A stretch of 64,000 nucleotides of DNA, from NCBI RefSeq assembly GCF_006345805.1, contig NC_043009.1, positions 24,676,001 through 24,740,000 on the forward strand. Direction: 5' to 3'. A program made the position numbers and the translations under genes. The stretch comes from Octopus sinensis. Its lineage: Eukaryota. Under the pieces are notes generated by a model. It was not told the origin of the DNA, did not search any database, and saw nothing but the letters and a program-made list of their open reading frames with translations. Shown here piece after piece: positions 1 to 12,383 of the stretch; position 1 is the stretch's first letter; every line of letters starts with the position of its first letter.

Positions 1-408
1 AAATTTTGTTTTCACTATAAAACACATATTCTTAGGTTTGTACCACCCACCTGAGACTCAACTACACTGTAGCTGAAAAATATAGATACCTCATAAGTAA
101 TATAAACGTCCTAAATTCAGTGGCGGCGTTAATGAAGATGTTACGCGTTAATTTAATTGTTAAACTTATCTTTATTAATGTATATCGAATTATACATAGA
201 TATACGCTAGATTTACAAAATATAAGAGTTAGAACTTGTGATCTGCTCGCGGACCATTCTCCTTGTAATTTTTTGCCCACCACACTAAAAAGATTCCTAA
301 CCCCTAAAATAAAGTGTAAATTTTCGTTAGTGGTGAACCGTTAATTTTTTGAAATTACATAAGTAGCTATGATGCTAGTAGATACAGTCGATCGCTTGGC
401 TTCACCAA

Positions 409-433
409 TGATAATAATACTAATAATAATAAA

Positions 434-526
<93 letters not shown>

Positions 527-542
527 ACTGCTGCTGCTACTA

Positions 543-613
<71 letters not shown>

Positions 614-620
614 GCTACTG
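409..620. repeat. Compound trinucleotide microsatellite (AAT)/(ACT)n/(GCT)n
   Basis: Direct reading; it produces the poly-L/S/V ORFs at 341-665. Confidence 0.95.
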
Positions 621-626
621 ATGCAG

Positions 627-1167
627 TACCAGGCACTGGCCCTCATGGCTCTTGATCTTATCTAATATGAAATGCTATAATGTACATTGTTTTGTCTTGG
701 TATAAAAGATGGGCTACAGCAAACATTCTGCTCGATACTACAGATTTGCTTATCAGCTCTTTGACCTTAACCAGTTGAGCATGTCCCTTAGCGGCTGACG
801 ATATGTGTATCCCTGATCGCGTGCAGAAGTAGTGTGAGGAGCATCATACCCATATATTGAGAGGAATTCTTTGGGATTTGAATAATTCGCCTCAGGAAAC
901 ATGGTAGTTTCGTTCAACATCCTTAAATAACCCTTATTCAAGGACCGTTTCAGCAGGATGGGCTACTCGATGTGACGGAAATAGTAACAGGGCCCCACCC
1001 GCTGGGTCATGCGCTGTTTATCTTGATTTGAGATCATCCTGTCGCACTCATATGGCTGTGATGCATGTGCCTGGTGTACCCTCATCAGATGGGTAGTCAT
1101 AATATGTATACTGGGATTCGTATATTTTACCCCAGTGTCACTTTGATGGCATGCACTGCTCTCTCAA
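627..1167 (+). mobile_element. ~540-bp interspersed element 'X', copy 1 (non-autonomous retroelement-like, AAT-type tail)
   Basis: Colinear over its whole length with 3970-4510: starts TACCAGGCA, ends CCCCAGTGTCACTTTGATGGCATGCACTGCTCTCTC, then (AATC)/(AAT)n. No ORF. Confidence 0.85.
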
Positions 1168-1185
1168 TCAATCAATCAATCAATC

Positions 1186-1219
<34 letters not shown>

Positions 1220-1246
1220 GTAATAATTATAATAATAATAATAATG

Positions 1247-1281
<35 letters not shown>

Positions 1282-1628
1282 TTATTCTTTTAATAACATA
1301 TCATTAAAGAAAGAGAAAATGTTCATAAATATTGAGACCTCAGGATTGAGATCGCTAAGATGTGGCAGCTACGAGAGTCTAATATAAATGTTATCCCTTT
1401 TGTGATCGAAGCATTGCGCTCAATACCATCCAATCTGGAAAAAAAAACATTTGTAAAACATTAGAAATGCCCTACAATCTAGGTGGATTGTATTACTTGG
1501 AATTGCACACATATTGCGTGTCTGTCGGAAGACCTTGTTGTGACTCGACAAACAATACAAACCCCCCAGTAGACAAAATATTTTCAATCAACAACCTCAA
1601 GACATTGTCTACTGTGCGACGTCTATCA
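1282..1628 (+). mobile_element. 5'-truncated Dong/R4-clade (RLE-type) non-LTR retrotransposon 3' end
   Basis: Manual translation: KY*DLRIEIAKMWQLRESNINVIPFVIEALRSIPSNLEK (1327-1443), then after a frameshift VLLGIAHILR (1490-1519). This matches the KYxDL..EI..MW..VIP.VIGALG.IP / VLLGTA.ILR C-terminus of R4/Dong ORFs. (AAT)n on both sides. Confidence 0.75.
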
Positions 1629-1648
1629 TAATGATGATGATGATGATG

Positions 1649-1716
<68 letters not shown>

Positions 1717-2667
1717 CTTTTATTTGTCGGAAAAGCTGAAGACAGCAAAAGTGAGATACTTGCACCAGGATTTACAAAGAAAGGTGAGAGACATCATAAA
1801 ATATATAAAAGTTTAAAGGTATATACCTGTGTACACGTGTGTACGCATCTATATAAGTATATTACACACACACATACACACATACACACACACATACACA
1901 GAGGCTCATATACACATGTTTGTAGGGAGATGAATAATACAAAGTACAATGAAGTGCACAATAATTAAAACAATAAATAATTAAATGAAAATGAAACGTG
2001 AAAACCGCAGTATCTTGCCTGTCAACTATCATTTTTACTTTGAATATGTTACATAGATGGCTATTTTAATCTCATACTGCTTCAACTGCGTAAACTGGAT
2101 TATTGATTTAGCCTCGGTTAACGGAATATTATTAGATAAGTACAATAGCGTCTCGTGCAATAGGTTTCCATTTAGTTTCCTTCTAATTATTTCGCATCTC
2201 GAAGCCTTGGCTTACAGGATTACATGATAGAAAACCTAGTAATTTTGAATCAAAATTACTAAAACACTCAACCATGAATTTGGAATTAATTACATACGCT
2301 TTTTTACGTGTAGCAAAACACGGAGTCATTTTTACATACAATAACAAGACGAGGAGGCCGTTAAAAGAACTGAATATATTTCGATGTATCTCGAGACGGT
2401 CATTACATCAATAAAAATCTCTTTGGTTCTATTTCACTTATTTGGTTTGTTAGTCACCGATACGTGAAACATCTAACCAATTAACTAATCAATTTGACTA
2501 ATCATTTGGTATTAACGCCCTGATCATCGATCATTAACGCTGTGATCATCGATGTCTACTCCGAGTCTGCCTGCGGCCTGTCTCTCTCTTGGTTTAGACG
2601 TTTTACGCTTATACTTTTATGGACGAGAGTGAGAATGCATGTGTGAAGATGCTGGAGAAAGAGTGCT

Positions 2668-2717
<50 letters not shown>

Positions 2718-3054
2718 CAGGTGGGGGTATATAAATTATATTAACTGTGTCAGGAGTTCGATATCTGAAGCATGTTCACATAATACTAGGAGAACCAGGC
2801 ATAACTAAAACAAACACAGAAAGTGCATAACGTGGAAACTTCAAGCCGTCATAACATCGATACACACAGCAGAAATTGTATTAATCGGCTCAGAATACAA
2901 TCTACTTTTGGTTGTTTGAACCTGTTGAATAGATAAAACGCATTCTCATAAAGGAACAAAAGAAATATGCGGTTGCACACAACTAAGGCCGAGGATGGAC
3001 AATGAATCTCGGGAAGGCGAGGACAAAAAATTACTTTTGAAAAACAAGACAGAA

Positions 3055-3069
3055 TTACTACTACTACTA

Positions 3070-3106
<37 letters not shown>

Positions 3107-3338
3107 GCTGCTGCTGCTACTACTACTACTACTAGAGGTACTGCTGCTGTTACTATTACCAGTAGAACACAAAGGCAATAATAATAACAACAATAATAAT
3201 GATAACAATAATAACAATAATAATAATAATAATAGTAGTAGTAGTGATAATAATAATGGTGATAATAACAACAATATTAATAATAATAGTAGTAGTAGTA
3301 ATAATAACAACAACAACAACACCATCAACAACAACAAC

Positions 3339-3372
<34 letters not shown>

Positions 3373-3387
3373 GTAGTAGTAGTAGTG

Positions 3388-3447
<60 letters not shown>

Positions 3448-3619
3448 GTAACAATAGTAATGTCCATGACGATGACGATCATGGTTATGATGATGATGAT
3501 TGTTGTTACTTTATTGCAATCACTATTCCATACTCATTTTTTTGATGTTTCCTCAGATTTTCACCTTTGGTGGTTCCCAAAGAGTCGTTCCCTTATAGCC
3601 AATAAATTTGTTTTCTAAC

Positions 3620-3678
<59 letters not shown>

Positions 3679-3800
3679 TGATAAAAATAACAATAATAGT
3701 AATGATAATAATCATAATAATAGTAATGATAATAATAGTAATGATAATAATAGTAATGATAATAATAATAGTAATAATTATTATACTTAATAACAATAAC

Positions 3801-3832
<32 letters not shown>

Positions 3833-3969
3833 TGATAAAAATAACAATAATAGTAATGATAATAATCATAATAATAGTAATGATAATAATAGTAATGATA
3901 ATAATAGTAATGATAATAATAATAGTAATAATTATTATAATAATAACAATAACAATAATAATAATAATA
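3055..3969. repeat. Compound trinucleotide block (ACT/AAT/AGT/GAT) with an internal ~154-bp direct duplication
   Basis: GATGATAAAAATAACAATAATAGTAATG... occurs at 3677 and 3831. Interrupted by unique sequence at ~3500-3615. Confidence 0.9.
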
Positions 3970-4510
3970 TACCAGGCAGAGGCTCTCATGGCTTCTGACC
4001 TTAACTGATTGGAAGTGTTATCATGTACATTGTTTTGTCTTGGTATAAGAGATGGGCTACAGCAAATATTCTGCTCAATATCACAGATTTGCTTGTCAGT
4101 TGTTTGACCTTAACCAGTTGAGCATGTCCCTTAGTGGCTGACGATATGTGCATCTCTGATCACGAGCAGAAGTAGTGGGGGAGCATCATAGCCATGTGTT
4201 GAGAGGGATTCTTTGGGTTTGAATAGTTCACCTCTGGAAACATGGGTGGTTCTTTCAACATCCTTAAACAACCCTTATTCAGGGACCGTTTGAGCGGGAT
4301 GGGCTACTCGACCTGAAGAAAATTCTAACTGGGCCCCACCTGCAAGGTCATGTGCTGTTTATCTTGATATGAGATCACCATGTCGCGCACATATGGTTGT
4401 GATGCATGTGCCTGGTGTACCTTTATCAGACGGGTAGTCATGATGGGTATATTGGACTTCGTATATTTTACCCCAGTGTCACTTTGATGGCATGAACTGC
4501 TCTCTCACTC
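3970..4510 (+). mobile_element. Element 'X', copy 2
   Basis: Same start and end as 627-1167; preceded by (AAT)n, followed by (AAT)n(GAT)n. Confidence 0.85.
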
Positions 4511-4584
<74 letters not shown>

Positions 4585-4627
4585 CTTCAATAACCACAAT
4601 ATACTTTTATACTTCTACTCTTTCATT

Positions 4628-4825
4628 TGTTTCGGTCATTTCGCTGCAAACATGCTGGAGCAGCGCCTTGAAGGGTTTCCTCGAAAAAAATGAACCCAAG
4701 GACTTATTCGTTGTAAGCCCAGTACTTATTTTATCGACCTCTTATACCGAAGTGCTAAGTTACGGGGATATAAACTAACATCAGTTGTCAAGCGATGGCG
4801 AGGGGATAAGCACAGACACACATCT
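4628..4825 (-). mobile_element. SINE family A, 3' module
   Basis: CTAAGTTACGGGGA...GTTGTCAAGCG core shared with 8462-8620 and (reverse complement) 13908-14100. Confidence 0.7.
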
Positions 4826-5113
4826 AAATATATGTATATATATATATAATACAAAATGGGACAAGTACGCAAAACATCCAGATAGACGATACAAAAAAAA
4901 TCAAGGACGGGTCATTCGAAGCTTTTTGTCCTCAGTCAACAACCGGATCATCTTCGCAATTTCGGCTGATTAATCTTGAGATTGCTCCAATCTGGCCATC
5001 CCCAAGGAAAGACTAAACTAAGAGCATTAGATTCCTTGGAAAAAAGAATCGAATGTATACGGAAACAAGGACGGAAAACAGACGATGTTACACGAATATC
5101 AATAGAAAAATAC

Positions 5114-5171
<58 letters not shown>

Positions 5172-5309
5172 GCAGGATATAACAACAGGTGTCTTTCGAT
5201 TAGGGACGAATTGAATTCAGATGGCGTGTGTGGAAATGAAGCCTTACGGCAGAAATACAAAACTTTCACACACACACACAAGCTTTCACTAACACCCCCC
5301 CACACACAC

Positions 5310-5349
<40 letters not shown>

Positions 5350-5572
5350 TCTTTAACTCTACTCTGATTCGTCTACATGATTCTTAAGTCTCTGTGGGAT
5401 CGTAACACGAATGTAGCACTTCAGGTTCGTTTTATAATTATAATTTGAATAGACCTTAATCAAACAGTCATTAAAAATATGTAACTCCTACCAAATGTGT
5501 TGTGTACTCATCTCATCTGTTTGATCACTCAGTCGTTTATATATATATAATATATACATGTATGTATGTATG

Positions 5573-5663
<91 letters not shown>

Positions 5664-6422
5664 GCGTACGAAACGGTGAATAAGCTACACGGGTTACGAT
5701 ATACAATGTCGTCATAACGAAATTGTGTTCTTTTAGCCTTCTAGGTCTGGGTTCTTGTGTTGTTTATCGTGTCTCTTTAACACTGATGCTGCTACTAAGA
5801 ATTGTAAGGATGCGCAATGAAGATCCCATAGATTGCGTTTTACAAGCATTACATTTGTTTTTCTAAATATTTTTCTGGAAGAATTTCAAAACTAACTGTG
5901 TAGAATTTGAGTTTTCAGAACGAAAACTGGACAGATAGTGTAATGTCACGAGATTTAATTAACAGAGTTAAAAAAAAGTCATTAAATAGACAGATAAGAA
6001 GACTATACGCGTAAAGTAGTGATTGATAAGATAAAATATATTCGAAGAAGTTTAAACAAAATAATGCTAAATCTACCCTAAATAGTATCATTAAACTATA
6101 ATCATTAGCACATGGGCCATTATCAAGAATATCGTAGCGATATTCTTGAAAATGGAATAAAGAAGATAATGTTGGTTTAGACATGAAATTTCGATAATAA
6201 ATGGCCATATGTAGTGTATAAAATAGCCCAAGGGATTTTGGTGGAAACTATATAACCCGTAAAAACAAGGGGGAGGAGGAATTATCTTTGAAGAATTTCT
6301 GCAGAGCGTAGAACAGTGTATCATGGTACGTGATGTATAATGTATAATCTGTGTTTAAAGAGATTGGGGACGCTGGAATAGTTGTGACGGAACTAGACTT
6401 GGCACCAGGTGTACAGAAGTGA

Positions 6423-6495
<73 letters not shown>

Positions 6496-7199
6496 TATAT
6501 ATATGTATACATATATTTACATGTATGATATGTATATATATATAAACATATATATTATACATACATATATTTACATGTATAATATGTATATATATATATA
6601 TACATAAACATACATATATGTACAGACATATGTATATATATATACATATGTATATATACATATATGTACATATATATATATATACATATATATATATGTA
6701 TGTGTATACATGTATATATATGTGTGTGTATATATATGTGCATGTGTGTGTGCGAGCGTGCGTGTTTGTATGTACAGGCGAATTATATATAGCACTTTAA
6801 GAACATTCACCACCATATAGATGTTTTCCTAGGTGGATAGGTAGTTAAACTAAGATAGATAGATAGATAGTGAGAGAGAGAGGAAGAGAGGGGGAGGAGC
6901 GTATGTGTGTGCGTGTGAGTGTGTGTGCGCGTGTGTGGTTGTGTGTGTGTGTGTCTGTGTGCGAGAGAAATATTTTGGGTGTGAATACAACTTAAAAACT
7001 AACGTCTGATATACTCTAATCGTCTCATCAAATTTATACAGATTAATCCAATTGATCAAATTATTGAAATATATATGGCAAAATCAGTGAAAATATGCTA
7101 AAATATGTTTGGTGGATATTATTTAAATCGGAAGAATCAGAAGGTCTTATATTGCAAGTATAATCTATACAGAAAAATACCTATTACTTTTTCGGTGAT

Positions 7200-8455
7200 C
7201 GCTCTCTCGTGTCTCAATTCCCGTAATGTTTTGTTTGGTATGAGGAGATCACAGGCCCAGCAGTATTATAGAGTGGCTGTGTACTGGAATACGGATGGGA
7301 GACTTCTGAGGATCGAGGATCTCATCCTGCGTGCCATATCGATTTTATTACCGATGAATGATCCAGCTGAGTCGTGTCAGCTGTAAATCTTAAGTCTCTG
7401 ATATTAATGGATATTGTGAAGAGTTTTCCTGAAGGAAGGAGAGAGCATGGTTTTTTGAGCGCGAGTGGTTGTTTGAGTGCATGAGTACAATTTTTCACCC
7501 TCATTTATCAGTACATTGTTTTTCTTCACCAATTCTCTTACAGCATGCAGATCAGACTGCAGATCATCTTCTATAATGACGAATTTTAAAGCTTGGAGTC
7601 ATCTGCAAAATTCTTTATTTTACTGTGCATGATGACTCTTGAAATGTCGCTTATATAGACTCTAGAATCGGACCAAAACAGTCTCTTGCAGAACACTGCT
7701 GGAGAATTTTGCTGCGCTTGAGTGGACTTGATTGATAACAACTTGTTTGGTTCTGTTCACCAGAAAATACCTTATCCAGCACATTAGCTTACCATGGATT
7801 TCAGTTATGGATAATTTTAAGAGTAAGATGTTGTCGATTCTGTTTCAGGCTTCTCTGAAATCAAGCTGTATAACATCCGTACTCGACCCTGTTACCAAAA
7901 CTTTAAGCATATCATCAATGTTAAGTAAACACTGTGATGGGAAGTCGGTGATGCAGGGAGAAGCGATGCTGGTTGCGATTTAGGAGATTGATACTCTCCA
8001 AAAATCTATATATCCTTGATCAAGCTACGTTTTCAGATACTTTGAGGATGCAAGATGTGAGTGAGAACGAGCAATACGTAGTTGAGAAAGACCTGTTTCC
8101 GTTTTAGAAAAGAGATCGGCGCAAGGGATTCAATTTATATCCTCAGTCTAAAGATTTGATCCTGAGGTTGGTTAGAGGGAATGCCAGTTGCTTTCTGTAT
8201 CTTTTCAGGACACCAGCAGGATACCTATCCGGGTCCACATCAGAAAATGCTTAGTTTCATTTATTGCTGTGATTATGTCTTGCGAGGTGAAAATTATGTC
8301 CAGTATAATACGCAAGGAATTGAGTTCGTTGACAATTCTTACGCTGATATCAGTGAGATCACTAAAACCAGAGCAATATTGTTACTGCAGGACTTACGCC
8401 AGTTCTTTAACATCATGGTAGAGAATTCTGTAATCAAATCTCAGTGAACTAACAG
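7200..8455 (-). mobile_element. Decayed CR1-group LINE, reverse-transcriptase region
   Basis: Minus-strand translation across stops and frameshifts: DIIFTSQDIITAINETK, PAGVLKRYRKQLAFPL, RFLESINLLNRNQH, GSSTDVIQLDFREA*NRIDNILLLKL..IHGKLMCWIRYFLVNRTKQVVIN, FADDSKL (~7589-7609), LQSDLHAVRELVKKNNVLINE (7502-7565), PHTKQNI. Order and spacing fit a CR1/L2 RT. Not in the ORF track. Confidence 0.85.
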
Positions 8456-8461
8456 GTGAGA

Positions 8462-8691
8462 CAGCGGCCTTGCTGAAGCACCCCCTTTAGTTGAACAAAT
8501 TGACCCCAGGGCTTATTCTTTGTAAGCCTAGTTCTTATTTTAACAGCCTCTTTTGTCGAACTGCTAAGTTACGGGGACATAAACACATCAACTTTGGTTG
8601 TCAAGCGACGGTGGGAAGACAAACACACACAAACACACACACACACAAACACATACACACACACACACACACACAACACACACACACACAC

Positions 8692-8745
<54 letters not shown>

Positions 8746-8902
8746 ATATACAATGGGTGTTTTTCAGTTTCCGTCTGCCAGCTCCACTCACAAGAATTTG
8801 GTCGGTCTGAGAAGAAGACACATGCCCAAGGAGCCTCGCAGTGGGACTGAACCCGGAGCTATGTGATTGTGAAGTAGGATTTTTACCACACAGCCACTCC
8901 TT
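8462..8902 (-). mobile_element. Full-length SINE family A: tRNA-like head, CORE-like body, internal (TA)/(CA) microsatellite, 3' module
   Basis: Minus strand: A-box-like TGGCTGTGTGGTAA, B-box-like GGGTTCAGTCCC, then CCTTGGGCATGTGTCTTC. Resembles described octopus tRNA-derived SINEs (OR-type); family not assignable without alignment. Confidence 0.8.
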
Positions 8903-9192
8903 CGCCCAGCTTCTTAACACACAGTCACTCACGGGGTCGTGTTAGATGTTTTTTTAATTACCCAGTTTTCCTCTGCAGCCATGTTGTCGTTGAAGTATGT
9001 TTTGATACCGTTCTGCAAATGGTATTTTTCCAACTCAAATCTCCTTATTGCTGTTAATTTTTAATGATGTTGGTGGAAAATTTAATCGCAAAGTTTATGG
9101 AAGTAAAGATTTTTCAAGTGAACTGAAGTCAGTACCTTATTTTGGATCAAGGCCAGCAACTTTTGAGAAGAGGACATCAATAACATATGAGC

Positions 9193-9268
9193 ACGGGCAT
9201 ATGGCTTAGTGGTTAAGAGCGCGGGCTACTAACCCCAAGATTCCGAGTTCGATTCCAAGCAGTGACCT
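9193..9268 (+). mobile_element. tRNA-derived SINE head
   Basis: A box TGGCTTAGTGG, anticodon-like arm GGG-CTACTAA-CCC, B box GAGTTCGATTCC; no convincing acceptor stem; runs into (AAC)n(AAT)n. Confidence 0.75.
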
Positions 9269-9269
9269 G

Positions 9270-9367
<98 letters not shown>

Positions 9368-9408
9368 TAATAATAACATAGGAAAATACCTTAGGAATGA
9401 GAACCCAA

Positions 9409-9454
9409 GACACCTGAAGAAGGCTGGGAGGTATATCAGCCGAAACGTTGTGTT
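9409..9454 (+). ncRNA. Minimal type-I hammerhead ribozyme motif (Penelope-like)
   Basis: Stem I GACAC(9409-13)/GTGTT(9450-54); core CTGAAGA (9414-20) plus an extra A; stem II GGCTG/CAGCC; GAAA (9442-45); palindromic ACGT helix III; cleavage triplet GTT (9447-49). Confidence 0.65.
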
Positions 9455-10112
9455 AACAACAAACAAGATGAGGACAAATACCTATCTAATGTAAATAATC
9501 AATAACAGTGTTCAAGCGCTACTTATATAAGTGTTTTCCCCCCGAAAGGATAAATGGAAAATTTAAGCCGGTAGTATTTGAACTCAGAATGGAAGTAACA
9601 TAACTAAATACCGTATGACATTTACTCGGTCATTTTACTGTTTTTGCCCCATCGACAACATGAAAGTATCCGTAACAACAATAACCTCACCACCAACAGC
9701 AACAATGATAATAATATAGATAACAGTAACACTCATACAAACTAGCAGACGCATGAGATAAAAAGAAAATAGGATAAGAATAAAAGAAGAAAAAAAATGA
9801 AGAAGAGAGGAAATGTAATCACAAACTTATATGAAATCTTTGGAAAAGCTACATCGATAGGAAGATATCGCATGAATGCCATATTCTATAGATCGTATCG
9901 GGTAAGAATTTGGAACAATGAGAGTTAGTGAAAGAGAAAAGTTCTGCTATATAAACGTTGTGTCTGTCTGCTAAGTCTTATGATTAAAGATTTTCTATTC
10001 CAGGATTCCGCATAATAAAGTTGGATGGCGAGCAGATCAGATTAAACCGGAAGCAATGAATGGTGCTTGTTTGAAAAACCTTCTATCTTGATGTAATATG
10101 TGTATGTGTGGG

Positions 10113-10146
<34 letters not shown>

Positions 10147-10217
10147 ATATATATATGTTTATATATATGTACAAATGAGTATTATACATACATATATATA
10201 TATACAAATGAGTATTA

Positions 10218-10262
<45 letters not shown>

Positions 10263-10336
10263 GAGTATTATACATACATATATATATATACATATAGCTA
10301 TCACTACGTATACAATATATATGGTATACATGTGTG

Positions 10337-10378
<42 letters not shown>

Positions 10379-11331
10379 CAGTCACACATAATCATATAAT
10401 ATAAAGCGCCCATTTTCCTTTCGAGACTTCGATTCGCAGTACCAAAAACATTCATTGCGAACGATGGCAAAGACCAGTTCTTTCTTTTCTTTATATATAT
10501 ATATATATATGGTTTTGTATTTTTTGTTTGTTTATTTTTTTATTTTCTTTCTTTCCTTTTTTTCTCTCTTTCTTCGTTCTCTTCTTTTATCCAATACCAA
10601 GATTGGGCTTGGAGGTCACTTAATCAACGTTAGGGGTCTACTGGCCGTTAACTGTTTCGATGGATTTGAAATAGGAGCAGAGTTTCTGATAAACAACATC
10701 AACAAACTGACAACAACAACAACAACATGAGCAACAAAAACAAAGAAAATGACAACGCAACGAACAAAAATATAACAAAAAAAAGAAACAAAATACAAAC
10801 CAAAAACAAACATGAAGGCAAAGCGGAGCACAAAGCATAAGCTGTACAATACATTCTCTTCACGTTTTGTTGGTATAGATTGCCAATTGTTCGTCCTCTT
10901 GTGATTCTGTCTGGAATATATTGTATGAAATAATGTTGTTGCTAGTGTTCTTGCTGTTATTACCATCATCATCATCATCATCATCATTATTAATAGTAGT
11001 AGTAGTAGTATTTTATTATTATTTCATTCTTTTTCTTCTTATTATTATTATTATCATTAATATTATTAATATTTGTTGTTGCTGTTGTTGTTGCTGTTGT
11101 TGTTATTACAGTTTAACTTGTTCCCCCCACCCATTCTTCTTTCATTTTGTTCATGGTGTTGTTGTTATTCGTATGCGCCGTCCTTCATTCGAGTTTTTCC
11201 TTTTTCTTGTTTATGTGTACGTATACATACATGCACGCACGTACACATTCATATACACAGGTGCATACAAATATACATATGTGCACACACACACTTGTAT
11301 GTATGTATGTATGTATGAATCTATCTCTCTA

Positions 11332-11444
<113 letters not shown>

Positions 11445-11449
11445 TATAT

Positions 11450-11452
11450 ATA

Positions 11453-11496
<44 letters not shown>

Positions 11497-11526
11497 ATGT
11501 ATGTATGTATGTATCTATCTATCTAT

Positions 11527-11587
<61 letters not shown>

Positions 11588-11596
11588 GAGAGATAT

Positions 11597-11636
<40 letters not shown>

Positions 11637-11946
11637 GGAGAGAGGGATACATACATACATGCACACACACACACACATATATATATCTACAAATGCATAT
11701 ACATATATATATATATACGCAATTTATAAAAGTATACATATTAAATATATATATGTACAATATATATATATATTGTACACACACACACATACATATATAT
11801 GTATATATATATATATAATAATATATATATATATATATATATTATATTATATATATATATATATATATACTACATACATACATACATATATATTATATAT
11901 ATATATATGTATGTATATGTATGTATGTATGTATCTATCTATCTAT

Positions 11947-12007
<61 letters not shown>

Positions 12008-12209
12008 GAGAGATATATAGATAGATAGATAGATAGATGATAGATAGATAGATAGGGAGAGAGGGATACATACATACATGCACACACACACACACATATA
12101 TATATCTACAAATGCATATACATATATATATATATACGCAATTTATAAAAGTATACATTTAAATATATATGTACAATATATATTATATTGTACACACAAC
12201 ACATACATA

Positions 12210-12210
<1 letters not shown>
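11450..12210. repeat. ~420-bp direct duplication of a compound microsatellite block
   Basis: Same irregular succession (TATG)(CTAT)(CT)(TA)(GATA)GGGAGAGAGGGATAC...CGCAATTTATAAAAGTATAC at an offset of 419-420 bp. Confidence 0.85.
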
Positions 12211-12258
<48 letters not shown>

Positions 12259-12270
12259 TATATTTACAGT

Positions 12271-12320
12271 GTATATTTTACCCCAGTGTCACTTTGTTGG
12301 CATGCACTGCTCTCTCACTC
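12271..12320 (+). mobile_element. Element 'X', 50-bp 3'-terminal fragment
   Basis: GTATATTTTACCCCAGTGTCACTTTGTTGGCATGCACTGCTCTCTCACTC followed by (AAT)n. Confidence 0.8.
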
Positions 12321-12330
12321 AATGATAATG

Positions 12331-12383
<53 letters not shown>

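Noticed and set aside
3553-3618. Acceptor-like site followed by a short frame and AATAAA
   Set aside because: An isolated 65-bp island between microsatellites; unsupported.
3970-3995. U1 snRNA-like start of element X (TACCAGGCAG versus TACCTGGCAG)
   Set aside because: Only about 10 nt of similarity; it does not extend into the U1 stem-loops.
9193-9268. Functional tRNA gene (also 32352-32430 and 63838-63915)
   Set aside because: A/B boxes are present, but the acceptor and T stems do not pair and the sequences run into SINE bodies or microsatellites.
10616-10705. Possible terminal exon on minus (KLCSYFKSIETVNGQ* or NSAPISNPSKQLTASRPLTLIK*)
   Set aside because: Weak acceptor, no homology I recognise, no linked exons.
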